From: the human T2T-CHM13v2.0 reference genome, Homo sapiens
NCBI RefSeq assembly: GCF_009914755.1
Contig: NC_060928.1
DNA: 64,000 nucleotides
Reading direction: 5' to 3' (one strand)
Positions within the stretch are counted from its first letter, which is position 1; every line of letters begins with the position of its first letter. The notes below the pieces were generated by a model. That model was not told where the DNA came from. It did no database searches and saw only the letters and a list, made by a program, of their open reading frames with translations. This document shows, one piece after another, positions 30,050-42,735 of this stretch. Made by a program: the position numbers and the translations under genes.

Positions 30050-31250
30050 GTTACCAGCAGTTGGAAATACTCAAGAGTCCCAGGTTGTACAGAGGCAATT
30101 TGTTGCAACATCACTAAACAGGTTGTCGGGAGCCTCTGAGAGAGGCAATCTTGCAATATCATACATGTAATACAATAGCAATATAATCCACAACAACAAA
30201 ATATTTCTATTCCTATACTCACAGCTAGAATTATTAATATTGTTTTCCACTAAGAGGGTTCTAATCTAAACCACAAAGATAACTATTGGTTTAGTGACAT
30301 TGTGGGGTTGGACATAGCATTAAATTTTTGTGCATATCTTGAAGGGTCAGGGTGATGTTTCCTGAATTGTCTGGAATGTACACATAGCATTTGGTTTTGT
30401 TTATGGTACAAGTTCCCCCTTGTGCAGCATGAGAACTTCAAGGGCCATGAAATTCTGCAAGGCTGCTTTTCTCCTTGTGGTCATTTCAGAGTCACTAAAA
30501 AGATGTCTTTGAATTCATCCTTTAGCACTTGTTGGTTATAGTTTGTGAGGGTCTTGACATGCCAGATAATATTTTCTAAAGTAACTTGGGGATTAAAATT
30601 AGATAGGACATGGTCTTATCAGTGGAAAACTGGTCTGTTCCATTGGTACAACACATTAGAGAAATTTGCAGTTTGTCCAGTGGTTTTGGTCAAATGGTTC
30701 TGGACCAATGGGAAACCCAACATGCACCATTCTATCCATGCAATGGGCAGCCAGGGCCAACGATTAGTCCCACATAGCCAATGAGTTCCAATCAGTAGTG
30801 ATTTCCAATCACCACTCAGTAGTGAGTTCCAATCATTAGTCCCACACAGCCTCTGTGTCCAATCAGTAGTGAACCAGTGGGTTTATTGAAGCACTGGAGT
30901 ATCTTCACACCAGTGTGGAGGCATCCAGCCCACATTCTTAGTAATATTTGGCCAATAATCAAAAGAATAACTTTTGGTTTCCAGCATAAGAGAGCAATTT
31001 GATGTAAGTGGCTGGTAGTGGGGGTCATCCAAATATAATCATCCCAAATTTGATAAAAGCCTTCCTCAGTATAGCAGCTGTTAATAGACAAAATTATGAG
31101 TTCTACTGAGGGAAACTCCATCAGGAGAGAAATACCACATTCAGAATTTGTTGAATTCTCTGATGTATATACAAGGTTTTCTGTGACATGCATGGTGAAG
31201 GGTTACATTAATGCCAAGCCATCACCTTCCATTTCCTTTTGTTAGGATCC
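30050..31250 (-). pseudogene. env: ERV env remnant (SU/TM)
   Basis: Minus strand near 30470-30355 reads RKAALQNFMALEVL[frameshift]AAQGGTCTINKTKCYVYIPDNSGNI, a decayed immunosuppressive domain plus CX6CC; SU-like CGTNRWPWLP upstream; outer boundaries approximate. Confidence 0.85.
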
Positions 31251-31589
31251 CAGGGGTCTGATTTTCTTGTGAATAGTTTTTCATAAAGGTTTGTAATCCA
31301 TTATTACCTTGTAGGGGTGAGACCCACTAAGGTAATCCAGAAATGCTAGAGACTGGAACAGCCCCAAACCCAATAAGTTTCCTGTTTTCAGCTATCTGCA
31401 TAATGCGCCCATGGTAGGAAATGATTAGTTTCAGCAAACAGCCTAACCCCATATATTACTGTGGGGATTAGCCAGAATCTCATGATTAAATGACAAAAGG
31501 TTTTACTTATCTGTGTAGATTTTCTTAAAAAGCAGCTTCAGGTTTTCAGTTGTTTCACAGGTTCATTCAGGTCCATTATGTGACAGACC

Positions 31590-33228
31590 AGTCTGAGGAG
31601 GGGCAATTTTTATCCATGTAGAATGTATCCATGGTTTAACTCTGGCCAACTTTACACATGAATGAGTAGTCAGAAGGACCTCATAGGGTCTTAACCATTG
31701 AGGGGCTAGTTGATGATCTGGTCCAGTTCCCTCCTTGTCTTAAATAGGACTTGGTCTTCATCCTGGAAGGGATTAAGTGGATGCCCATGGAAAAGGCTAA
31801 CCTGATAGAAGCAAACTCATGAACAAAGGTTGGTATTTCATTAAATAATTTTAAATAAAGAATAATGCCTCCTTCTTTTTCTAAGATTTAATCTCCTGAT
31901 TGTAACCCAAGAATGGCCAGGAAGGGTCTCCCATACATAATTTCAAAAGGGCTCCACTGGAGCCTGCTTTAGGGAGCAAGTCAAATTCTCAAAAGGGCAG
32001 AGGGCAATACTTTGTCTCAACGTAGATTAGTTTCCTGACTAATTTTAGCAATTTTTCTTTTTATAGTATGATTAATTTTTTCAGACTTTCCTGTGGATTA
32101 TGATTACTACATTGCTTGAAGTTTCCATTCAATGTCTAAGATTTGAGACACTCACTGTACTACCGGAGAGATGAATGCCACTCCATTGTCTCACACTGAA
32201 TTGTCAAAGGGAGACCATAACTGGAAATTATTTCTTTGGGGTACGTGCAGGCTCCTTTGGAGGCCCTCTCTGTTTGGTTAGGTTACACCTCCACCCATCC
32301 CATAAATGTGTCTACAAAAAAACAAAAAATGTGTAGCCTCTGGTCACTTGCAGCATTGTGGTGAAATCTACTTGGCAATCTTTGCATGGAGAGTTTGCTC
32401 AATGTTGTAACCTCTGAAGAGGGTGTGGGGATCAAATTGTAGGGTGGTTTTGAGCACTAAGCCTGCATTGATGGATCGCATTTTAAATGACCCATTGCAT
32501 ATTGGGACCAAATACTCATGTAGTCACTGAAGGGTTGCACCTTTTCCCTAATGGGTGCTTTGATGACACTGGCTCGCTGTATCTTTAAAGAGGGCTCCAG
32601 AAACCAATATGATACTTTCCAAATTACATTTCTAGTCAGGATAGGCTGGAGCTTGGGATGTGAATCTCCATTCCTTGACTTCTTTAAATCTCCCTCAGTA
32701 CAGCAAGGTTGGAACTTAAATCAACCAGAGGTATTGACAGAGATAAGATAGCCTCAAAGTCCAATGTTCTTGCAGCCTGCTTGGCTGCCAGGTCAGCAAG
32801 TTGATTTCCCTTGACTATTTGGGAGTCTCATTTGTTATGACCAATACAGTGATGGTAGCTACCATTTAGGGGCATTAACAGTTTCTAAGAAGGCCAAAAT
32901 ATCAGAGGCATATTTGATTTATTATGGTTGGCCAGAAGCCCTCTTTCTTTCCACATAGCTCTGTGGGTGTGTGCCACTAAGAAAGCATATTTAGAGTCTG
33001 TATAAATATTAAAAATGTTATCCTTACCCAATTGCAGGTTATGCGTAAGGGCAATGAGATTGGCCAGTTGAGCTGAGGTATCTGGAAGTAATGCTTTTTC
33101 TTCCACAGTACCTTGAGATATAACGGCTGTGTATCCAGCACAATAACATGCATGGTCTATGAAGCTGCTTCCATCTGTGAACAGGTCTAGTTCAGGGTGT
33201 GGCAAGGGCTGATCCACCAGGTCTGGAC
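31590..33228 (-). pseudogene. pol: ERV pol remnant: RNase H and integrase
   Basis: RNase H LFTDGSSF...SAQLANLIALT...NIYTDSKYAF; IN QVDFT, FVDTFMGWVE and C-terminal RPYEVLLTTHSCVKLARVKPWIH; multiple frameshifts and stops. Confidence 0.92.
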
Positions 33229-33470
33229 ATGATCAAGGAGGTCTGCATGATATAAGGGTTATTGTTCTTTGAAAGAAAACAAATTCACTAGTCTTGTGGG
33301 CAGCCTCCTGGGTAAGGACACAAATGAATAAATTATTAGTGAATTGGTGACCATCCTCTACCTAAATAACAAAGTTCAAGTAATCGTGCATGGAGGAAGA
33401 AAAGGACAAAGAGAAAGGAATATAAGTAAAATGAATAGCTTATGATTTTTATAAGATAGGCTCAGCTACA
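33222..33470 (-). mobile_element. Truncated 5' LTR of the same ERV
   Basis: Direct repeat of 29685-29937 (caaggaggtctgcatgatataagg..ttattgttctttgaa...ataggctcag(c/t)taca). Confidence 0.8.
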
Positions 33471-33997
33471 TGATCTCACATAAGAATTTTCCATTTACAT
33501 AAACCAGGCACCCTGATGAAATGCAGCCTGTACCATGATGTGGTGCATCCTTCCCTTACTACAATCAGCTAGTCTTTAGGTGGCGCTTCCCTCAGCATCT
33601 CACTCCTCAGTGTGATGGGTGTTGTTTACAGTGCTCTAAAAATTATCCACTTCCTTTCACTAAGGTGTTCTCAGTTCTCTCCAAAAAAAAAAAAGAAAAA
33701 GAAATGGTAGAACCTTCATTAGTTATGCCTTAAAGAGATGTCTGGTGAAATTGATTATAATTTTGTCACCTTAAGCAGTTGTTCACGCTCTGGTGTTATA
33801 TAATATTCTCCAAATACTTGATGAGTTACCACATCTCCTCATTAATGTAGCACTTCAGTCAACTTTCACTACATTTTTAAATTTCAGAACAGTATAATAT
33901 ACAAATGCTACAGCACATGACTAGACCACACATAAATTAATGGAAATCATACACTACATAGAAGCATTCTCTCCCACTCAAGTGTAAACTCCATCGC

Positions 33998-34700
33998 TGT
34001 TCAAGTAGGTAGCTAGGCAGACATGAACAGGGCAAGAGAGGGCCCCTACACCCCACCAGGAAAGTGAGGGGACCATGAGGTGACGAAAAGGCAGTCGTCA
34101 CACTGCCTTTCTAAAGCAATAATTGGTTGCAACCAGCCCCAGGGAAGGGGAGTTTCCCAATAGGTAGAAAAAACCTGACACTGGTGATCAGTAGCTTCCT
34201 GATAAAATCTCAGGAGTTGGGCGAATGAGTTCAAGCAAGCACATTGAGAGGCAAAATGGTGGAATTTAACTGGTATATGACCTTCCTGGGGCATTCCACC
34301 AGAAAGGGAAGAATGCCTCAGGTGAGCACACATACAACTCCAGTAAACACACTATGCATGTTTATCTCCCAAGGGCTAGTAGGCCACCATGCATGTGGGC
34401 AGCCCAGCCCAAGGGAAAAATCATGGGAGAAGGGATGCAAGACCCTGGAAGTATGGTAACATATAAAACCCCAAGTCAAAAGTTCAATCCCACACTCGTC
34501 CTTCAAATCGCCTGCTTGGACCTCTTCCAAGTGTACTTTCCTTCCTTTCTTTTTTGCTCTAAAACTTTCTAATAAATTTCATTCCTGCTTTAAAACTTAC
34601 CTCTGTCTCTTCTTCTGCCTTTCCCTCAGTTGAATTCTTTCTTCTGAGGAGGCAAGAATTGAGGTTGCTGCAGACCTGTACGGATTCACCACTGGTAGCA
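33998..34700 (+). mobile_element. MER50 solo LTR
   Basis: tgttcaagtaggtagctaggcagacatga start, ...gaggttgctgcagacctgtacggattcaccactggtagca end; TATAAAA and AATAAA present; TSD tcgc/tcac. Confidence 0.85.
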
Positions 34701-35039
34701 TCACTATAAAACATTACCTCCTTTGTTGCAGTGGATGAAAAAATTTATACTTCATCTGTCAATATGTTCATATCCTTATCCCTGGAGCATGTAAATTGAA
34801 AAATTTATTAAAATAATATTTAAATTTCACAATATTTAAAAATACGCTTTTGTATATGAAATCTACTCCGTGGCTTCTCTCAAACAGTGCTGTGTTCATA
34901 TGGTCAAATTCCAATCTTGTTTAAATCTTTCTATCCACTAATCTCCTTTCTATATGTATGCAACTAGTATTCAACACTCATGTTCATTTATCTCAAACAA
35001 GTGTTTACCATTGCACGGTAAGAATACAATTGTTCCTTA

Positions 35040-35345
35040 ATACATTCACTCTCCAAATTTCTTAAGCATCTCTTTCCTGATTTTTTTATTCTCCCCAATA
35101 TCAAATCCCTCCTCTTCACTCCCATCTGGTAACTATACTTCCTATTTCAATGACTAAATTAAAACAACTAGAAAATAACTTCTACCTATGTATATTTGTG
35201 ACCATATACTTACATAATTGCTGTTCTAATCAAACGGATGAAAAACTAAGGTCAAACTATCAATTTGTACAGTAAAGCACGTCGTCTTCTCAAAAATACC
35301 ACCCAGCAATTCTCTTTCTCTTTCATCTGTATCATTGATTTTTGT
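35040..35345 (+). mobile_element. L2 fragment; continues at 36290-36569 and about 39540-39960
   Basis: Pyrimidine-rich degraded L2 blocks that resume after each LTR insertion. Confidence 0.55.
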
Positions 35346-35368
35346 TTCAGAAGAGTATATATATAAAC

Positions 35369-36270
35369 TGTCAGAGCCAAGGGAAGGCTTCCCTTTTGCC
35401 CCTGAAGTTTCGCTGAAAGAAAAAAAAAATCAACTCACAAAAGGCAGATTAATTTGGGGAAAAGGCATACAAATTTATTAATATCACACCGGTAAGAACC
35501 ACAGAGTAATTACCTCTCCCATGGGGTGCAGAAGCTTTGATACCATCTCGGGGCAACAGAAAAGAATGGGGAGTCACAGTATAGTCAAAATCAGGTTATG
35601 GTGGCAAATCGGGTTACAGTGGCAAGACAGGTTATGGGAGGAAAAAAAGAGGAGGCCTGGCTAGCAAAAGTGGTCTTGTTATGTAAAAACCTCATAGGTA
35701 GCAGCCCTCAAAAAGCATAGATGATAAATGTTTCTTTTTCTTTTTCTTTTTTTTCTTGAGACGAAGTCTTGCCCTGTGCCCCAGCTGGAGTGCAGTGGCA
35801 CGATCTCGGCTCACTGCAACCTCCGCCTCCCAGTTTCAAGCAATTCTCTGCCTCAACCTCCGAAATAGCTGGGATTACAGGCACCCCCCCACCATGCCCC
35901 GCTAATTTTTTTTTTTTTTTTTGTATTTTTGGTAGAGATGGGGTTTCACCATCTTGGCCAGGCTGCTCTTGAACTCCTGACCTTGTGATCCACCCACCTC
36001 GGCCTCCCAAAGTGCTGGGAATACAGGCATGAGCCACCGCACCTGACCAATAAATGTTTCTTTCAGACCTTTAAAAGTGTTTTGACTCTTAGTTAATCCT
36101 TCCTAGATCAGGAAAAGGGAAAGTCTAACTGCATCAAGGCAGATTCTCCATAGACATAAACCTCTCCCACAAAAGACAGCATTTCTGGGTTACTTCTGTT
36201 TTCTGCCTTTCTGAACAGCCATCTCAAAATATGTCAAAGAAATAGATTTTGTGGTACATTAGTTTGATTT
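35369..36270 (-). mobile_element. LTR49-like solo LTR interrupted by an Alu
   Basis: Collinear with 27911-28743 (gccaaggga..cttcccc; ctggctagcaaa; catctcaaaatatgtcaaagaa). Confidence 0.8.
35738..36048 (-). mobile_element. AluSg-like element inside LTR49
   Basis: Full dimer; TSD ataaatgtttcttt at 35724 and 36050. Confidence 0.93.
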
Positions 36271-36569
36271 ACACACACACACCCCTTAAAGATCGAATAT
36301 CATCTCATATTTAATAATCCCCAAATTGAGTTCCTGATCTCTGCCCTTAATCATTTCTTCCCTTATCATTACCAATGAAATGGTTATATCATTCTTGTAG
36401 ATGACCAGGTGCCAAACCCTAAAGTCAGTTTTTGTCTCCTTTCTTTCTCTCATCACCAAGCTAACCAATCAAAAATTTTATTTTGCTTTAGCTTCCAACA
36501 ATATACAAAATTTGACCATCTTAATTCAAATCACCATCATCCATTGCCTCGATTCTTGCGTTAGCTTCC

Positions 36570-36809
36570 TGTTGACAAAAAGAGTCAAACTCTGTAAAAT
36601 ATTTGAAGAGATTTACTCTTAGCCAAATGTGAGGACCATGACCCATGACACAGTCCCAGGAGAGCCTGAGAACATGTGCACTAGGTGATTGGGCTACAGT
36701 TTAGTTTTATACATTTTAAGGAAACATAAAACATCGATCAATACAAGTAAGATGTACATTGGTTCAGCCAGGAAAGGCAGGGCAACTCGAAGGAGGGTGG
36801 CAACAGGTC
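36570..36809 (-). mobile_element. MER4-family LTR fragment (3' end)
   Basis: tgttgacaaaaagagtcaaactctgtaaaatatttgaagagattta...cctgagaacatgtgc. Confidence 0.85.
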
Positions 36810-37665
36810 GAAAGAATTATTATCAAAATATGTCTTTTGATAGATAATTAATTTAATTAGACCTTTATTTAAGAGAATTATTCCAGCAGTTGTTTGAATA
36901 ATTAAGTGGAAGTTGGGGTGAAGGCCAAATGACAAGCTTACAATTTGTTGCAATAATCAAGAGAGAAGAAAGTAAGATTCTGAACTAGTTGGCTGGAGAA
37001 AAACCTGTTAGGCAAAACAAGCAGACTATGACCTGTGAGATCTCCACTCTGAAAGTATCTATTGACACAGGTGTGGAGGCTGAACAGAGAATCCATCTCT
37101 TCATGTCAAGATGTTAAGAAAATGTCAAGATGACAAGAAAGTGTCATTTCACATAAAGTAGCAGGATTGTGTCATGGTGTATTTCACGTTATGTTAAACA
37201 TCCTATATTTCCAAACAAGTGTGGATTTAAATGGTCATAAGTATGTTTAGTCTAGTCAGGCAAGCCATAGGTGTTGTTTATAATGTTCACAGTACAACTT
37301 TATTAATATACCAACTGTTTTTTATAGCAAAAATGTATGGCTTAAATTATTTTAAGCCTACTAAAACCATTCTCCTCTTTTCCTCTCTAGAGAATTCCAG
37401 GACTTTTATTTGTCTTTAATGCTTGAAAACATTTATTCTGAGCCAAATATATATGACCAGTGGCCCATGACACAGCCCCAGGAGGTCCTGAGAACATGTG
37501 CACAAGTTGGTCAGGTTACAGCTTGGTTTACATGTTGTAGTGTTGTAGAGAGACATAAGACATCAACCAATACATGCATAATGTATACTGGTTCAGGTAG
37601 GAAATGTGGTACAATTTGAAGTGGAGGCTTCCAGGTCATAGGTGAATTTAAAGATTGCCTGATTG

Positions 37666-38045
<380 letters not shown>

Positions 38046-38216
38046 TTAAGATAAGAGGTTCTGGAGACCAAGTTTTTATCATGTAGATGAAGCCTCCAGG
38101 TAGCAGGTTTCAGAGCTCTCATCAGACCTAAGATGGTGCCAGACTCTTAGTTAATTCTCTCTTGAGTCAGAGAAAGACCTGAAAAGGGAAGAGGATTCTA
38201 GACAAAATTGAGATTT

Positions 38217-39238
<1,022 letters not shown>

Positions 39239-40000
39239 ATTTTCCCTACAAGGTAGCTTTCCAGGGCCATTTCAAAATTTGTCAAAGAAATATATTTTGA
39301 GTAAAAATACTTTAATGTCTTTCAGGGTCTGCAATCTATACTAGTCAGGTTGGAATTCGGTGTCTTATCGCTACACAAGAGTCTGTTTTGTCTGTCTTAA
39401 GATCTCTGTTTTAATGTTAATGCTGGTCAGTTGTGCCTGAATTCCAATAGGAGGAGGGTACAGTGAGGCCTGTCCTACTCCCCACTTGCCATCATGGCCT
39501 GAACTAGATTTGTACACAACATTGCAAGATTATGCTATAAATTCAGTCTTACACTGTTTTCCAATTTTACTCAGAAAAAAGAAAAAAAGCAAAGCCTAAC
39601 AATATCAACCTTCTCCCTCTCATTTGTTAACTTTCTAACTTCATCTCTGATTTTTCTCTCCCTCAAATTTCTTTCTGTTTCTGTTTACTTTGCTATTCCT
39701 TAAAAATAACCAGCACATTCTTAACTTCTGGGTCTTTGTGATTGGAGTGTTTCTGGACCACTCCTCACTTTCTGTAGTTTTCAAATGTCACCTTGATGAG
39801 TGAAACTTTTTCTGACCATCCTTTGTATAACTGAAATCCACCCACACCATTTCCTGTTCTTTTTCCTCCTTTATTTATTTATTTATTTATTTATTTTTCT
39901 CCTTAGCAAGTATCTCTACCTAACTTACTAGCTATTTCATTTGTCATGTTGGTCATCTGGTCCCCCTCCCCACACCCCAAATTATAGTGAAAGAAAGAAT

Positions 40001-40531
40001 TGTTAACAAAAGATCATGAGATCTGTGGAAAAAGAAATGGAGAATTTTATTCCTATTAAAAACAATCTGCAGGTTGGCGAGATGTAGCCTGCAGTGTAAA
40101 ATGAAAGCATGCTTTGAAGGGGGTGGAGGGTAGAGAGTTAGAGATTATAAAGGCAGGAACTGCAGGGCAGGGCAGGATAGGTAACAGGGTAAGGAACAGG
40201 GTCTTGACTGGATGGCCTTTAACCCCCAAATCACTAGTCACTCTTAATTGGTCGGTTCCAGGTGTTTGGTCAGTTGGCACCAGGTGTTCTGTTGATGATC
40301 ATTTGGGGAATATTCAGCTGCAGAGTATCCTATGTCAGCACCCACCATGGGAACTAGTTTGCCTTGATTGTAGAAAGGGAGATCCTGTGATACTTTTGCA
40401 AAATCTTTCTAAGAACACAGAATACCTGGCTGCTCCCTCACCCAGGCATGGCCACCGCGTTTTGTTTTAACTCTGAGATCTCAGTCATAAAGATGACATT
40501 TTTGTTCTTTTGCTAGTTTCAGACTTTAACA
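40001..40531 (-). mobile_element. ERV solo LTR, family unassigned
   Basis: Inverted termini TGTTAA...TTAACA; perfect 4-bp TSD GAAT; reverse AATAAA near 40046. Confidence 0.75.
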
Positions 40532-41015
40532 GAATGAATAAAAACTACATAGAAAAATGTCATGTTAACTTTCTCAAACATTTCTTTAGTTGACAAAGTG
40601 TGCTGAAACAAATAATATGGTTTAAATTACTTTACTACGTCAAAGATATAACTAGATATAATACTTTGATGAGGTAGCTGAAATTCTCTTAGTTTTAGTT
40701 TCCTCATATTTAAGATGAAGAAAATAATATTGTTCTAATAATCCTCTTATTTGTATATAATATATGGAAACATATTACTAGAAAGCATGTCAAAGTAAAA
40801 GTGCTACTTATTTAATCTTCTTGACAACCTCATTCATTCTTTAGGCGTTTTTTTAATTTGAAGCAAAAAAAATAATAATTCAAGACATGGGTAATAATTA
40901 TCATCACCACATACAGAATATTTATGTGAAAGACAATATAAAAGGCTCTTTACATGTAACTTTTACACTAACATTTCCATTACTGAGTAGTGACCAAATG
41001 AGGCTAGAACCCTGG

Positions 41016-41150
41016 TATTTTCAGTGAGAACCGCCAGATTACCATTCTACTTAGCCTGGTCCCACCAAAGGCAGAGGGGAGCTCCTAGACAAAGGCGAGA
41101 TACTTTCAGTGAGAACCACCAGATTACCATTCTACTTAGCCTGGTTCCAC
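41016..41150. repeat. 85-bp tandem duplication; second copy completed at 42736-42778
   Basis: tcagtgagaacc(g/a)ccagattaccattctacttagcctggt at 41021 and 41106; caaaggcagaggggagctcctagacaaagg at 41066 and 42740. Confidence 0.95.
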
Positions 41151-42735
41151 TGAAAGGTGACAGCGTGCTGGCAGTCCTCACAGCCCTCGCTCGCTCTCGG
41201 CACCTCCTCTGCCTGGGCTCCCACTTTGGTGGCACTTGAGGAGCCCTTCAGCCCGCGGCTGCACTGTGGAAGCCCCTTCCTGGGCTGGCCGAGGCCGGAG
41301 CCGGCTCCCTCAGCTTGCCGGGAGGTGTGGAGGGAGAGGCGTGGGCGGGAACCCGGACTGCGCGCGGTGCTTGCGGGCCAACGCGAGTTCTGGGTAGGTG
41401 TGGGATCTGCGGGCCCCGCACTGGGAGCGCACGGCCGGCCCTAAAGGCCCCAGGCAATGAGGGGCTTAGCAGCCGGGCCAGCGGCTGCGGAGGGTGTGCT
41501 GGGTCCCCCAGCAGTGCCGGCCCACCAGCGCTGCGCTGGATTTCTCACCGGGCCTTAGCTGCCTCCCCGCAGGGCAGGGCTCCGGACCTGCAGCCCGCCA
41601 TGCCTGAGCCTCACCCGCTCCGTTGGGATCCTGTGCGGCGGGAGCCTCCCAAACGAGCGCCGCCCCAACGAGCGCCGCCCCAACGAGCGCCGCCCCCTGC
41701 TCCACGGCACTCAGTGCCATCGACCACCCAAGGGCTGAGGAGTGCCGGCGCAAGGCGCGAGACTGGCAGGCAGCTCCACCTGCAGTCCGGTGGGGGATCC
41801 ACTGAGTGAAGCCAGCCGGGCTCCTGAGTCTGGTGGGGACTTGCAGAACCTTTATGTCTAGCTAAGGGATTGTAAATGCACCAATCAGCACCCTGTGTCT
41901 AGCTCAGAGTTTCTTAATGCACCAATTGACACTCTGTATCTAGCTACTCTGGTGGGGAGGTGGAGAACCTTTATGTCTAGCTAAGGGATTGTAAATATAG
42001 CAATCGGCACTCTGTATCTAGCTCAAGGTTTGTAAACACACCAGTCAGCACCCTGTGTCTAGCTCAGGGTTTGTGAATGCACCAATTGACACTCTGAATC
42101 TAGCTACTCTGGTGGGGACTTGGAGAACCTTTGTGTCCCCACTCTGTATCTAGCTAATCTGGTGGGGACGTGAAGAACCTTTGTGTCTAGCTCAGGGATT
42201 GTAAAGGCACCAGTCAGCACCCTGTCAAAACAGACCACTTTGCTCTCTGTAAAATGGACCAATCAGCAGGATGTGGGTGGGGCCAGATAAGAGAATAAAA
42301 GCAGGCTGCCCAAGCCAGCAGTGGTAACCCCCTTGGATCCCCTTCCACACTGTGGGAGGTTTGTTCTTTTGCTCTTTGCAATAAAGCTTGCTGCTGCTCA
42401 CTCTTTGGGTCCAGACTGTCTTTATGAGCTATAACACTCACCGGGAAGGTCTGCAGCTTCACTCCTGAAGCCAAGGAGACCACGAACCCACCGGGAGGAA
42501 GGAACAACTACAGACACGCCGGCTTAAGAGCTGTAGCACTCACTGCGAAGGTCCGCAGCTTCACTCTTGAGCCAGAGAGACCACGAACCCACCAGAAGGA
42601 AGAAACTCCAAACACATCCGAACATCAGAAGGAAAAAACTCCAGACACGCCGCCTTTAAGAACTGCAACACTGCGAGGGTCCGCGGCTTCATTCTTGAAG
42701 TCAGTGAGACCAAGAACCCACCAATTCCAGACACA
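41151..42735 (+). mobile_element. LTR12C (ERV9) solo LTR
   Basis: tgaaaggtgacagcgtgctggcagtcctc start, ...ccaattccagacaca end; CpG-rich 5' part, tctagct/ccaat repeats, U5 repeats; TSD ccac/ctac. Confidence 0.96.
41850..42325 (+). promoter_or_regulatory. LTR12C enhancer/promoter (NF-Y CCAAT repeats, GATA site, AATAAA-type TATA element)
   Basis: caccaat repeats; CCAAT at 42259, GATAA at 42286, AATAAA at 42294, matching the known ERV9 LTR promoter layout. Confidence 0.7.

Noticed and set aside
30763-30875. CRISPR-like repeat-spacer pattern
   Set aside because: Repeats are short, irregular and shuffled, have no unique spacers, and lie in a primate ERV env.
30816-31193. 125-aa ORF as a domesticated env gene
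   Set aside because: A short piece of a frameshifted env that runs into the patchwork insert; the TM motif is disrupted.
27911-36270. The two LTR49-like copies as ends of one provirus enclosing pol and env
   Set aside because: The pol/env segment has its own different LTR pair, the second LTR49 interrupts an L2 that continues on both sides, and there is no shared TSD or PBS. They are independent solo LTRs.
41024-41809. Cluster of overlapping GC-rich ORFs of up to 164 aa
   Set aside because: Expected scarcity of stop codons in GC-rich LTR12C; no protein motifs.
41850-42215. Repeat array with tctagct/caccaat units
   Set aside because: Normal ERV9/LTR12 U3 enhancer repeats.
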